From the NCBI GenBank assembly GCA_002690085.1, contig NZDM01000069.1:1-57791 (forward strand): a stretch of DNA of 57,791 nt. Direction: 5' to 3'. The position numbers were made by a program, and so were the translations under genes. This document shows, piece after piece, positions 17,980 to 26,575 of this stretch. The notes beneath the pieces were generated by a model that searched no databases, was not told where the DNA came from, and worked only from the letters and a program-made list of their open reading frames with translations. Source of the stretch: Flavobacteriaceae bacterium (lineage in GTDB: Bacteria; Bacteroidota; Bacteroidia; Flavobacteriales; Flavobacteriaceae). Positions within the stretch are counted from its first letter, which is position 1. Every line of letters begins with the position of its first letter.

Positions 17980-18549
17980 TTAAATATCATCAATATCAAT
18001 GACATCTTCCCACTGTGCGACACTACCACCTGTTTTGTTTGTGCTATCACCCACAGCTAGAGTTTCTTCCAGAGACTTTACGAGGGTTTCATTCACCTCA
18101 TTCCCCTCTTCAAAGTCAAACCCTATCTCGCCTTCTTCTTCAAGCTTACTAGAAGTATCAGGATCAGCTGCTGCAAGTGCCGCCCAATTGCCAGATGCAT
18201 TGCTTTTCAACTTCTTTTTTTCATCTTCGCGATAGACACAAAGCAAATCACATTTTTCTTGTTTATCTCCAGTCCTTGCCTCCCACTCTCGAAGTCCAAC
18301 TAGGACCCAGACACCAGGACCAATGAAATTATCTCGCTTACCCCTCCCTCTAAACTTGTTGCGAATGATACACAAACGCTTGTGTCCATCCTCGCATATA
18401 ACTTCACAGTTTGCACCGCCATACAATTTCATGACAGCTGCATATATCTCACCTTCTTCAACTTTCTCGCGTACAGCACGAGATGAAGTTGGATTTAGAT
18501 GCTTACGTGCACCCTTTTTACTTTTGTTGCCTCCGTGATTCTTGACCAT
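17980..18549 (-). CDS. eIF1A: Translation initiation factor eIF1A-like protein
   Basis: Basic N-tail (KNHGGNKSKKG), OB-fold core EGEIYAAVMKLYGG..DGHKRLCIIRNKFR..VLVGLREWE..KCDLL, acidic tail ending IDIDDI. Early promoter at 18598-18605 (-). Confidence 0.9.
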   Translation of the reverse strand: MVKNHGGNKSKKGARKHLNPTSSRAVREKVEEGEIYAAVMKLYGGANCEVICEDGHKRLCIIRNKFRGRGKRDNFIGPGVWVLVGLREWEARTGDKQEKCDLLCVYREDEKKKLKSNASGNWAALAAADPDTSSKLEEEGEIGFDFEEGNEVNETLVKSLEETLAVGDSTNKTGGSVAQWEDVIDIDDI

Positions 18550-18763
18550 GTTTGCTAGTTGTATTAGATGAGTATAACTAACTAACTATATTCTACTTCA
18601 ATTTTTTAAGAAATGATTAAAAATGCAAAACTTAAATAAAATTAATCACCTTCTCCACCATATAATTTCATTTGATATATAATTAAAAATAGAAAAGGTT
18701 TTCACCAATTCATTTTTATATTTTTTTTTGATTTTTTTTGATTTTTATTTGTTTTTTTTTATT

Positions 18764-19522
18764 TTACCAATCCTCATCCTCCTCCTCCATCATGTCAGCC
18801 CAAGACATGCCCTTGTATCGCTCATACTCTTGCTGCCATACGGGAATGGCATCTTCGGCCCCGGAATCTGACTCACGATCTGACTCAGAGTCATCCCAAG
18901 CACAGCGAGTACGCACCGGCGTCTGTACAGGGACATCTTGCTTGGTAGTTGCAGCAGGCTTTGCAGCCATAGCAGCCCAGCCTGTCAACTGTGAAGTGGT
19001 AGTTTCCACTGTAGACTTGGTAAGTGATGGATACTCAACCTTACCTGGATCCTCATCCTCTTCGTCTGAAGATGATGGGCGCAGTGCTGCAAACAGATTG
19101 GACCGTTTCATGTCTTGGTCTAGTTGATCAATGGTCTTTTTTGGCTCACGCCTACGGCGATGAGGGGCTAGACCTTTGGCAGAACAGAATCCATCTTGAT
19201 CTGGAGCAAAGCGTGCCTGACGTTGAGCCTGCTGGTACTCACGTCTCTTGGCTTCTTTTGCCTTGATCTCAGGGCACTCTTTAGGAGTGTGACCTTTCTT
19301 GTGGCAGTAGCGACACTCTTGGTTGAGAAGAAGTGGACAAACCACCTTACCTCCTGGTCCCTTCTTGTCCTTGACAAAGTGTGAGGTATACTCACTCTTG
19401 GGGCGGCCTGCATCATGACAGACCTTGCAATAGGCCGTAGCCTTCCTAGCACCTCGGTGCTGGTTATAACGGGTATTACCTGCGCGGTAGTTGTTGGGAG
19501 CGATCATTGCTGCGGCAGACAT
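18764..19522 (-). CDS. Nanos-type tandem CCHC zinc-finger protein
   Basis: CKVC..YTSHFVKD..GKVVCPLL..CRYC..GHT..CP follows the zf-nanos pattern. Early promoter at 19599-19606 (-). Confidence 0.8.
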   Translation of the reverse strand: MSAAAMIAPNNYRAGNTRYNQHRGARKATAYCKVCHDAGRPKSEYTSHFVKDKKGPGGKVVCPLLLNQECRYCHKKGHTPKECPEIKAKEAKRREYQQAQRQARFAPDQDGFCSAKGLAPHRRRREPKKTIDQLDQDMKRSNLFAALRPSSSDEEDEDPGKVEYPSLTKSTVETTTSQLTGWAAMAAKPAATTKQDVPVQTPVRTRCAWDDSESDRESDSGAEDAIPVWQQEYERYKGMSWADMMEEEDEDW

Positions 19523-19664
19523 TGTTGTTTTGCTTGTTGAAACTTTAAAGATTTGCTGTTTAGTTGAGATGCATCATTAAGTAATCTAAAAAAGGATTTC
19601 AATTTTTTGGATTACAGTCATTTAATAGTGAATACATCAAAAAGTATTCTTTCTTTTGGCTGCT

Positions 19665-20024
19665 ATGATGAAAATATTTTTGAAAAAAATAAGCTATATT
19701 AAGTTTATTGCGATGAAGATTTCATTGCTGAGGAAGAAGAAAGCTCCCGAGGAGGGCTTAGTAACTGTAGTCGCTAAGAGTTTAAACAATAACTCGAAAG
19801 CGGTAAACAAAACAATGTCTGGTGTAAAAGCTGTAGTATCAACATCAACTTTAGATGTGGCTTCATCTATTGCATCTGCTGTACCACCATTAATTCAATC
19901 GACTTTAGCAGATCCTGCTAAGTTTATTGGTATACAAATATCCTATTATATTGACTACATCCTCGTGTCATTTGTAACTGCATTTAGTGTATCTTATTTC
20001 TTCAATTCTTCCCCCTCTGCATGA
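19665..20024 (+). CDS. Hypothetical protein with a C-terminal transmembrane segment
   Basis: First ATG of ORF 19656..20024; hydrophobic C-terminus. Confidence 0.5.
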   Translation: MMKIFLKKISYIKFIAMKISLLRKKKAPEEGLVTVVAKSLNNNSKAVNKTMSGVKAVVSTSTLDVASSIASAVPPLIQSTLADPAKFIGIQISYYIDYILVSFVTAFSVSYFFNSSPSA

Positions 20025-20040
20025 TAAACATATTTATAAA

Positions 20041-20076
20041 ATTGATTTCGATTAGTTTAATATCTTCGAAATCAAT
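20041..20076. terminator. Palindromic hairpin overlapping AAAATTGA (20038-20045)
   Basis: ATTGATTTCGA/TCGAAATCAAT, 11-bp stem just after the stop at 20024. Confidence 0.55.
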
Positions 20077-20092
20077 AATCCATACTAATAAC

Positions 20093-20851
20093 ATGCCAGT
20101 AGTAACGCGTAGCGCTTATAATGTACGTAGAAATGCGATGAATAATATGAGAATAGTTTCAGAAAATTGTAGATTAGAACAAATGTGTGCAATTTGTCAT
20201 GACGGAATACATGGATCAGATGTGTTTCATTTGCCATGTGGACATACCTTTCATAAAACTTGTTTAATAAATCAATTGCGCCATGGAAGAGAGTGGGCAA
20301 CCAAATGTGCAGTTTGTCGAGCTGAACATAGGGAAGCTTTATTAGAAAATAACGAAACTAGTCAATATGTTCAACCAACTAATCAAAGTGATTTGGATGT
20401 AGTATTTACAATGATGGTTCCAATAGGTGGTGGGCGTTCCGGCGAAGGAGGAGAGCAACCCCCATTTTGGGGTATATGGGCATCAAATGAAGGCGATGAA
20501 AATCAACCTATTAATCCTGCGTTATTGTTTAGTTTGATAAATAATCAGATGGAACAAGCACAAGATGAGCCAGGTATTGAGCCAGAGGCTAGTGAAGCTA
20601 GCTCTATAGCTGAACCTATGGTAAATGAGAATGTTTTAAATATGGATGAAGAAAGTGATATGGGTGAAATTGATTATGGAGATGAAGAAGATGAGTTTGA
20701 TGATGATAGTGAGGGTTACAACTTTGCACCTCAGACTTGGACTGGACCATACTACCATATGGAATATCCTGCACAATTAATGATGAGTGAAGATTCAGAA
20801 TCTACAGATAATTCCCAAAGTGAAACAGAATCCAACACTTTTGCAATTTAA
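20093..20851 (+). CDS. RING-H2 finger protein with an acidic C-terminus (putative E3 ligase)
   Basis: CAIC..LPCGHTFHKTC..CAVCR; ATG 20093 chosen because the promoter motif lies inside the longer ORF. Confidence 0.85.
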   Translation: MPVVTRSAYNVRRNAMNNMRIVSENCRLEQMCAICHDGIHGSDVFHLPCGHTFHKTCLINQLRHGREWATKCAVCRAEHREALLENNETSQYVQPTNQSDLDVVFTMMVPIGGGRSGEGGEQPPFWGIWASNEGDENQPINPALLFSLINNQMEQAQDEPGIEPEASEASSIAEPMVNENVLNMDEESDMGEIDYGDEEDEFDDDSEGYNFAPQTWTGPYYHMEYPAQLMMSEDSESTDNSQSETESNTFAI

Positions 20852-20926
20852 AGACCTTTAATTATACCATTTTTTACAACAATTAATACGGTTTAAAGTT
20901 ATATATCTAGGACATATGTGTAACAA

Positions 20927-21008
20927 GCACGGTTGCCCGAGAGGTCTAAGGGGGCAGACTTAAGATCTGCTATCTTCGGATGCGTGGGTTCGAACCCCAC
21001 ACCGTGCA
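20927..21008 (+). tRNA. tRNA-Leu(TAA)
   Basis: Acceptor GCACGGT/ACCGTGC; GCAGA-CT-TAA-GA-TCTGC; long variable arm. Confidence 0.97.
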
Positions 21009-21018
21009 TTCACCTTAT

Positions 21019-21092
21019 GCTCCTGTAGCTCAGTTGGTCAGAGCGCAAGTCTTATGAGCTTGCGGTCGCGGGATCGAGACCCGCCGGGAGTA
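21019..21092 (+). tRNA. tRNA-Ile(TAT), intronless, atypical T-loop ATCGAGA
   Basis: Acceptor GCTCCTG/CGGGAGT; CAAGT-CT-TAT-GA-GCTTG; T-stem GCGGG/CCCGC. Confidence 0.92.
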
Positions 21093-21107
21093 TAATAATC
21101 CTTCATT

Positions 21108-21139
21108 TTTCGATGACAATATTATTATCATCATCGAAA
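21108..21139. terminator. Hairpin after the tRNA pair
   Basis: TTTCGATGA/TCATCGAAA stem. Confidence 0.5.
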
Positions 21140-21147
21140 TATATATA

Positions 21148-21591
21148 ATGGGATATGGATATGGTGTATGGTTAGTTTTACCAGTTAAAGGTGTAAAAAC
21201 TCACATTCCACATGCAACAATAGCTTGCAATATGAGTAAAGAGGATGCATTTAAGCTTTATAAGGAGTACATAGAACTCAATGGAAAAAATGTTAGATGT
21301 ACAATAGACCTATCTCATAATGAGATATTAGGCCCTGATTATTATGAAAAACGTGACGATAATAATTTAGGGTGGTGTTGGGCTTATGATGTAGAAATAG
21401 AAGGCGTAACACCAAGTAATTTAAAAAATCTTGATTTACCAAAATCGCATCATGTTACTATGCAATATGAATATGAAAAAGAAGATTTATGTCCAGTTAA
21501 AAAAGAAATTGTTTATTCCTTAGTTGGGAAGATTGAGGTAGCTAATATTACATCAGATATACCAAATGAATGGCACATTATTACGGAATAA
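21148..21591 (+). CDS. 2H phosphoesterase (cyclic phosphodiesterase-like)
   Basis: YGVWLV N-terminus and two H-x-T motifs (PHATI, HHVTM) in 147 aa. Confidence 0.7.
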   Translation: MGYGYGVWLVLPVKGVKTHIPHATIACNMSKEDAFKLYKEYIELNGKNVRCTIDLSHNEILGPDYYEKRDDNNLGWCWAYDVEIEGVTPSNLKNLDLPKSHHVTMQYEYEKEDLCPVKKEIVYSLVGKIEVANITSDIPNEWHIITE

Positions 21592-22081
21592 GCTCAATAA
21601 TATAAACTTTTAGATTTTCTCTTGGACATTTTAAGAAACTTATAAATCGTTCGCAAAGATTAGGAGGATTTGATAGCCATGATACTTCGTAGGAGGAATA
21701 TAAATTATTTAAAGCAGATACACGCCATACTTTCCAATAAGCACAATGAACACTATCTTTAAATATAGAATCAATTGAGTCTTCGGTGCAAGAATCAATG
21801 AGTTGCATTGAATCATCAAGATAGGCATCTACAATTTCACAGGCAACCATAAGTGTATTACCTGTGTCTGACACATGACATGAATGAAATGAGGATAGTG
21901 TATTTTCTAACCAAATAATCAGTTCTCTTACATTTGCAACTGCAAAACCGAGTTGTCTTGATCTTACTAGTTCTGGTGGTCGATTAGGCAAGCCGGTTTT
22001 AGGACATATATTTTCCGGTAGCATTGACGGTCTTGCCATTAAAACAGTTCTTTCTGGGTAATCCATTTTTGTATGTATCAT
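21581..22081 (-). CDS. Hypothetical protein
   Basis: 166 aa; AAAATTGA on the minus strand at 22106-22113. Confidence 0.6.
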   Translation of the reverse strand: MIHTKMDYPERTVLMARPSMLPENICPKTGLPNRPPELVRSRQLGFAVANVRELIIWLENTLSSFHSCHVSDTGNTLMVACEIVDAYLDDSMQLIDSCTEDSIDSIFKDSVHCAYWKVWRVSALNNLYSSYEVSWLSNPPNLCERFISFLKCPRENLKVYIIELIP

Positions 22082-22105
22082 ATAATACTTATATAGGTAA
22101 TCAAT

Positions 22106-22126
22106 TCAATTTTACAAAAAAATTGA
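22106..22126. promoter_or_regulatory. Back-to-back divergent AAAATTGA motifs
   Basis: TCAATTTT 22106-13 and AAAATTGA 22119-26 between divergent ORFs. Confidence 0.8.
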
Positions 22127-22183
22127 AAAAGTTTTTCACAAAGTTGTAGAGGACATCTAACAACATAAACTTTACCATCAATC

Positions 22184-22561
22184 ATGGAATGCCCAATCTG
22201 TCAAGAAAAAATTGGAGTCGCTAAGGTAACTCTAGAATGTGGACACGTTCATTGCGTAAACTGCTTCTCCAAGTGGTGTCGCAAATCCAGCAAATGCCCG
22301 CTTTGTCGAGCTGAGTTCACAGATGAAGAAGCACCAAAAAATGAGAAAATATCGATGTGTCCTGAAATACTCGACTCCTTGATCCGCTGTCATTCCTCAG
22401 AAAGAACGGCTGCAGCACAGCACGGATACTCTACAGTTGCACCTTTGGCCAAATGGTGGTCTCGGGATAATGAAAACAAAGCTAAAGCTGAGTTGGACAA
22501 ACTGTTTGAGAATCATGCGCGTGTTATAGCTGAAAGTATCACTACTTGGTATGAAAGCTAA
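22184..22561 (+). CDS. RING-HC finger protein
   Basis: CPIC..LECGHVHCVNC..CPLCR. Confidence 0.88.
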   Translation: MECPICQEKIGVAKVTLECGHVHCVNCFSKWCRKSSKCPLCRAEFTDEEAPKNEKISMCPEILDSLIRCHSSERTAAAQHGYSTVAPLAKWWSRDNENKAKAELDKLFENHARVIAESITTWYES

Positions 22562-22623
22562 AACACTGCTCTATAACCAAAATTGAAAAGGGAAACCTTT
22601 TCTCTCTATATAATAAGAAGCCT

Positions 22624-23094
22624 ATGGTTAAAAATATTCTTGCTTACATAGGTTCATTTGGTCCTATGATTCTTTTTTGCGTTATGTTGGTATCTATTTT
22701 TTCGCGAGGACTAGATACTGCAGGTATAATCTTATTACTTGCATGGAAACCAGTTGGAATGGCATTAAACTCAATACTAAAATGGATGATAAACGAGCCC
22801 AGACCCAAAGGAAGTATTCATTTAAATAAAATAGAAGAGTATCTTGATCAAGGAACAAATGGAATGCCATCAGGACACGCACAATTTGTAGGTTCAGAAG
22901 TCGCATTGGCTTTTTGCCTGAGTCTCCCAACTTGGTTAAAAATATATTCAGTCGCTCAATCTAGTATAACCATATGGCAGCGTTACGCTTATAAAAAACA
23001 CACAAGTTTACAATTATTCGCTGGATTTTTTGTTGGTTGTGTTTATTCGGCATGCTTTTGTATGTTTTTAAAACCTCATTTTATTAAAAGTTGA
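22624..23094 (+). CDS. PAP2-family membrane lipid phosphatase (dolichyldiphosphatase-like)
   Basis: K-x6-RP (KWMINEPRP), PSGH and R-x5-H (QRYAYKKHT) motifs with TM helices; AAAATTGA at 22579-86. Confidence 0.88.
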   Translation: MVKNILAYIGSFGPMILFCVMLVSIFSRGLDTAGIILLLAWKPVGMALNSILKWMINEPRPKGSIHLNKIEEYLDQGTNGMPSGHAQFVGSEVALAFCLSLPTWLKIYSVAQSSITIWQRYAYKKHTSLQLFAGFFVGCVYSACFCMFLKPHFIKS

Positions 23095-23125
23095 AACAGG
23101 CTTAAAGCCAAACTACTAATCAGTG

Positions 23126-23426
23126 TGTAGCAGAAAGCTACAATGGAATCATACAGCTAATCTAACTTATAAAGCCCTTTTAATGCTAACTAAGATTCCA
23201 GGGATGTACCATCTAATAACCGCGACTTTTATCACTAAGATAATAGTAGATTCAAGCAGCTATTTTAAAATCAAAAATAAACCTTTTATGTTTAAACGAT
23301 TACGAATCTAGGCGGTTATTATTTGGTGGTAGGAAACGTACAGCAAAAACCTCTTACTAATAAAAAATATTAACTAGTTTCCTGTGGTGGGTTTGTTATG
23401 TTTTAGCTTTTCTGAATGTAGAAAGC
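23126..23426 (+). ncRNA. Putative structured non-coding RNA (element C)
   Basis: TGTAGC/GCTACA; TGGAATC 23144-50/GATTCCA 23194-200; TACCATC/GGTGGTA; TAATAACCGC 23214-23/GCGGTTATTA 23312-21; TAGATTC/GAATCTA; AGGAAAC/GTTTCCT. Strand is assumed. Confidence 0.55.
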
Positions 23427-23525
23427 AATATATATACAAATTATAAAAACAAAAATTGCACGCGCGAATATTTGTTTTTAATTCTTAGTTTTTCAAATAC
23501 TTATTTTGCTTTATAAACTAGATAA

Positions 23526-24692
23526 ATGCAATGTATTAATACAATTATAATGCACTTATTTAAACTATATGGTAAATGTAGTTCAACACAAAGAGCAATT
23601 CTAAGATCAGTTAAATCTTTTTGTGAAAAAGAACTTGTTCCAAGAGTAAGATCTGATTACAAAAACGAACACACTGATAAAACAATTTTTAAAAAAATGG
23701 GAGATATGGGTATTTTGGGTCCCACTATAAAAGAATATGGATGCTTAGGTGAATCATACATGACTTATGGTCTTATTGCCAAGGAAATAGAATCAATTGA
23801 TAGTGGCTACAGATCAATGTATAGTGTTCAGTCTTCTCTTGTAATGAATCCAATTTCAAGATACGGATCACTGGATGTAAAAGAAAAATACTTGGAACAT
23901 TTAAAAAATGGAGACTACGTTGGATGTTTCGGACTCACTGAGCCAAATGCAGGTTCGGACCCATCCTCAATGACCACAGTCGCTCATGAAACTGATACTC
24001 ATTATATACTAAATGGAACAAAGACATGGATTAGTAATGCACCTATTGCTGATGTTATGATTGTATGGGCAAAAATGAATGATGTCATACATGGATTTGT
24101 ATTGGATAGAGAGATGAAAGGTATTTCAACACCAAAAATAGATGGCAAATTATCATTGAGGACATCTGTAACAGGCATGATTTATTTGGATGATGTTTCT
24201 GTACCTAAGACACATAAATTGTCTGTTATTGGTATGAAAGGCCCATTTTCATGTTTAAATAGTGCTAGATTAGGGATATCTTTTGGTGTATTAGGTGCTG
24301 CAGAAGCATGTATTCAAAAAACCTTGTCATATGCGGGTGATCGAGTTATATTTGGAGAGCCTCTATTAAAAAAACAGTTATTTCAAATGAAAATGGCAAA
24401 TATGGTATCTGAATACAATCTTGCGTTGCTAGCTGCAATGCATGTCGCAGAACATGCTGACAATGATACTCTCCATCCAGAAATGATTTCTCTAGTAAAA
24501 CGTAACTCATGTGAAAAATCTCTCTATATTGCTAGGACTTGTCGTGATATATTAGGAGGCAATGGAATATCAGAAGAATATGATATTTTTCGTCATCTAT
24601 GCAATCTAGAAACTGTATCTACTTATGAGGGAACTCATGATATTCATTCGCTTATTCTTGGTGCTCATATATGCAAAGAAAAGGCATTTTAA
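23526..24692 (+). CDS. gcdH: Glutaryl-CoA dehydrogenase (acyl-CoA dehydrogenase family)
   Basis: EIESIDSGYRSMYSVQSSLVM, GCFGLTEPNAGSDP, LNGTKTWISNAP, LGGNGISEEY, TYEGTHDIHSLILG. Confidence 0.9.
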   Translation: MQCINTIIMHLFKLYGKCSSTQRAILRSVKSFCEKELVPRVRSDYKNEHTDKTIFKKMGDMGILGPTIKEYGCLGESYMTYGLIAKEIESIDSGYRSMYSVQSSLVMNPISRYGSLDVKEKYLEHLKNGDYVGCFGLTEPNAGSDPSSMTTVAHETDTHYILNGTKTWISNAPIADVMIVWAKMNDVIHGFVLDREMKGISTPKIDGKLSLRTSVTGMIYLDDVSVPKTHKLSVIGMKGPFSCLNSARLGISFGVLGAAEACIQKTLSYAGDRVIFGEPLLKKQLFQMKMANMVSEYNLALLAAMHVAEHADNDTLHPEMISLVKRNSCEKSLYIARTCRDILGGNGISEEYDIFRHLCNLETVSTYEGTHDIHSLILGAHICKEKAF

Positions 24693-24787
24693 GTGACAAA
24701 ACAAAAATTGGACAATTGTGTCCTTTTTTTGTTTTTTTTATTTTTTATTTTTTATGTTTTTTTTTGGTTTGTGTGAGTGTACTTACC

Positions 24788-25648
24788 TTAGTTGAGAGGC
24801 CACTGGGTTGGAGCCTTTGCTCCGAAGAGATCCCTTGGCGTGACTCCGTGTGTGCGAGGCATGCTAGATCGAGTTCGCATCAGAGCAGGAGGCGCGATGG
24901 ACTCAACTTGCTGAGAGCCGGGAGAAGAGACATCCCAGTCAGCTTCGTTGACGGAACGCTCCAATCCAGATGGAGGCGGTGGAAGTTGCCCAGGAGCTGC
25001 AAGATGAAGAGGACCTTCCTGGCTGAGAGCCGGGTAGTTTTGCCAAGTCATCTCAGGAGCAACCATGCTAGGCTGACGAGCCATATGCTCAAGAGGCAAA
25101 GGCTGACTCATCTGAGACAGGTAATTACCAAACCCATTTGCTGCTGTAACAGCGAGGGTTGGCTCAGAGATGTGAGGAGGCAAGTTCTTCATGCTACGAA
25201 GGTAGCCAACTGCCTGCTCAAGCATGCCAATCTGCTTTGCCTGCTCGTAGATGGTCTTGTGAAGAGTAGCCTCATCCTTAGTGAGAGGAGTCTTGTTCTC
25301 ATTCACAATCCAGTACCACTTCTCGTGGAACTGGAGCTTTGCCTTGGTGCCGTCAGTCCTGATCTGCTCTTGAAGATCATGTGCCGCAGACGTGTCGTAC
25401 CACTGGGAGAAGTGGACGAATGCGATGTAGTAGTCGAAGCCTTGAGGTGTCTGCTTCTTGAGGAGGTCAACGCGGTCAACTTCGCCAATCTTCTGGTACT
25501 TGAACTGCTTGCCGATGAAGTCTGCCGCGTTGGTCTCGTACTCTGCCGCATGTCGGTTGCCACGAGGAAGAGAGCGAGTATCCACGCGAGGGATATAGAG
25601 GGACATGTTCATGTCCATGGTGTAGGGAGAGGTTGCGTTAGATGCCAT
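24788..25648 (-). CDS. Hypothetical protein with a putative RRM-like N-terminal domain
   Basis: SLYIPRV..IGEVDRVD..AFVHF, shared with 33721..34032; early promoter at 25732-39 (-). Confidence 0.7.
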   Translation of the reverse strand: MASNATSPYTMDMNMSLYIPRVDTRSLPRGNRHAAEYETNAADFIGKQFKYQKIGEVDRVDLLKKQTPQGFDYYIAFVHFSQWYDTSAAHDLQEQIRTDGTKAKLQFHEKWYWIVNENKTPLTKDEATLHKTIYEQAKQIGMLEQAVGYLRSMKNLPPHISEPTLAVTAANGFGNYLSQMSQPLPLEHMARQPSMVAPEMTWQNYPALSQEGPLHLAAPGQLPPPPSGLERSVNEADWDVSSPGSQQVESIAPPALMRTRSSMPRTHGVTPRDLFGAKAPTQWPLN

Positions 25649-25771
25649 TGTCGTTTGCGAGTTTGTCGTTTGAATGCTTGAAGCTGAGTGTTGTTTGGGT
25701 GATGAATACTACATTAGCAAAAAAAAGCATTTCAATTTTTTGAGATTCTCCAAGAAATGCCGTACTTACAT

Positions 25772-26089
25772 CTAAAAGTATTTTGCTTGTTTCTTATTTG
25801 CAATCATACCACCACCAAATCCAATTAATACATACAATATGTTATATATTATTAAACTCACTACAAATCCAGTAATAAATGTGTAAAACATTTTTCTAGG
25901 TGCAGTTTTAAATGGATTAGAATCAAATCTTGATGCAATGTTATGTATAATTTGAAATATACCTGATTTGTCTTCATTTAAATCTCTTCTTACCTCAACA
26001 ATTATAGTTGCCACTAACGCAGCAACAAAAGCATTAATAAGGAATGCTTTAAATATATTTGTTGCTCTGCTATGCTTTATAAGTGCCAT
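25772..26089 (-). CDS. Small two-TM membrane protein
   Basis: Two hydrophobic helices and a GFGGGM motif. Confidence 0.65.
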   Translation of the reverse strand: MALIKHSRATNIFKAFLINAFVAALVATIIVEVRRDLNEDKSGIFQIIHNIASRFDSNPFKTAPRKMFYTFITGFVVSLIIYNILYVLIGFGGGMIANKKQAKYF

Positions 26090-26151
26090 TATTAATTAGT
26101 GGTTAGAAAAAAAATGCTTAAAGCTTGAGACGTAAAATGTAGTAGTTAGTA

Positions 26152-26505
26152 ATGTCAACACAGGTAATGATCACAGAGGCTAATGCCAAAGCAGTCAACA
26201 AAGGCTTTATTCAAGTAGCTGAAACTTTCGTAAGTAAAGGCTGGACTATTAAAACAAATACATCTAGTTCAATATCTTTTACTCGCCCTGAAGATCCAAG
26301 GCTAATTTATGATGAGTTTAAGATTGTTGCTGAATCTGATAAAATTAATGTTTTAATTCCTATGCCGAACAGCAATGTTGCGTATTGCACGTGGTTCAAA
26401 GACTATTTTAGTGCTTCTGAATATATCAGCAGCCGCCTTGAAGATTATAGCAATGCATTGAGTCTCACAGAACTTCCAAGTGAACGAGAATACGAAGACG
26501 ATTAA
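26152..26505 (+). CDS. Hypothetical protein
   Basis: 117-aa ORF. Confidence 0.65.
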   Translation: MSTQVMITEANAKAVNKGFIQVAETFVSKGWTIKTNTSSSISFTRPEDPRLIYDEFKIVAESDKINVLIPMPNSNVAYCTWFKDYFSASEYISSRLEDYSNALSLTELPSEREYEDD

Positions 26506-26575
26506 AAACTCATATCTTTATAGAAAATTGATTACATATAAAGATATTAAAGTGATGTCAAGGACATAAAATACG

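Noticed and set aside
18738-19452. Several short ORFs overlapping the Nanos-like gene
   Set aside because: Alternative-frame or antisense shadows with no motifs.
23123-23311. 62-aa ORF within element C
   Set aside because: GTG start and no motifs; the region is better explained by RNA structure.
24671-25681. 336-aa plus-strand ORF
   Set aside because: Antisense to 24788..25648, which has the promoter, a paralog and typical codon usage.
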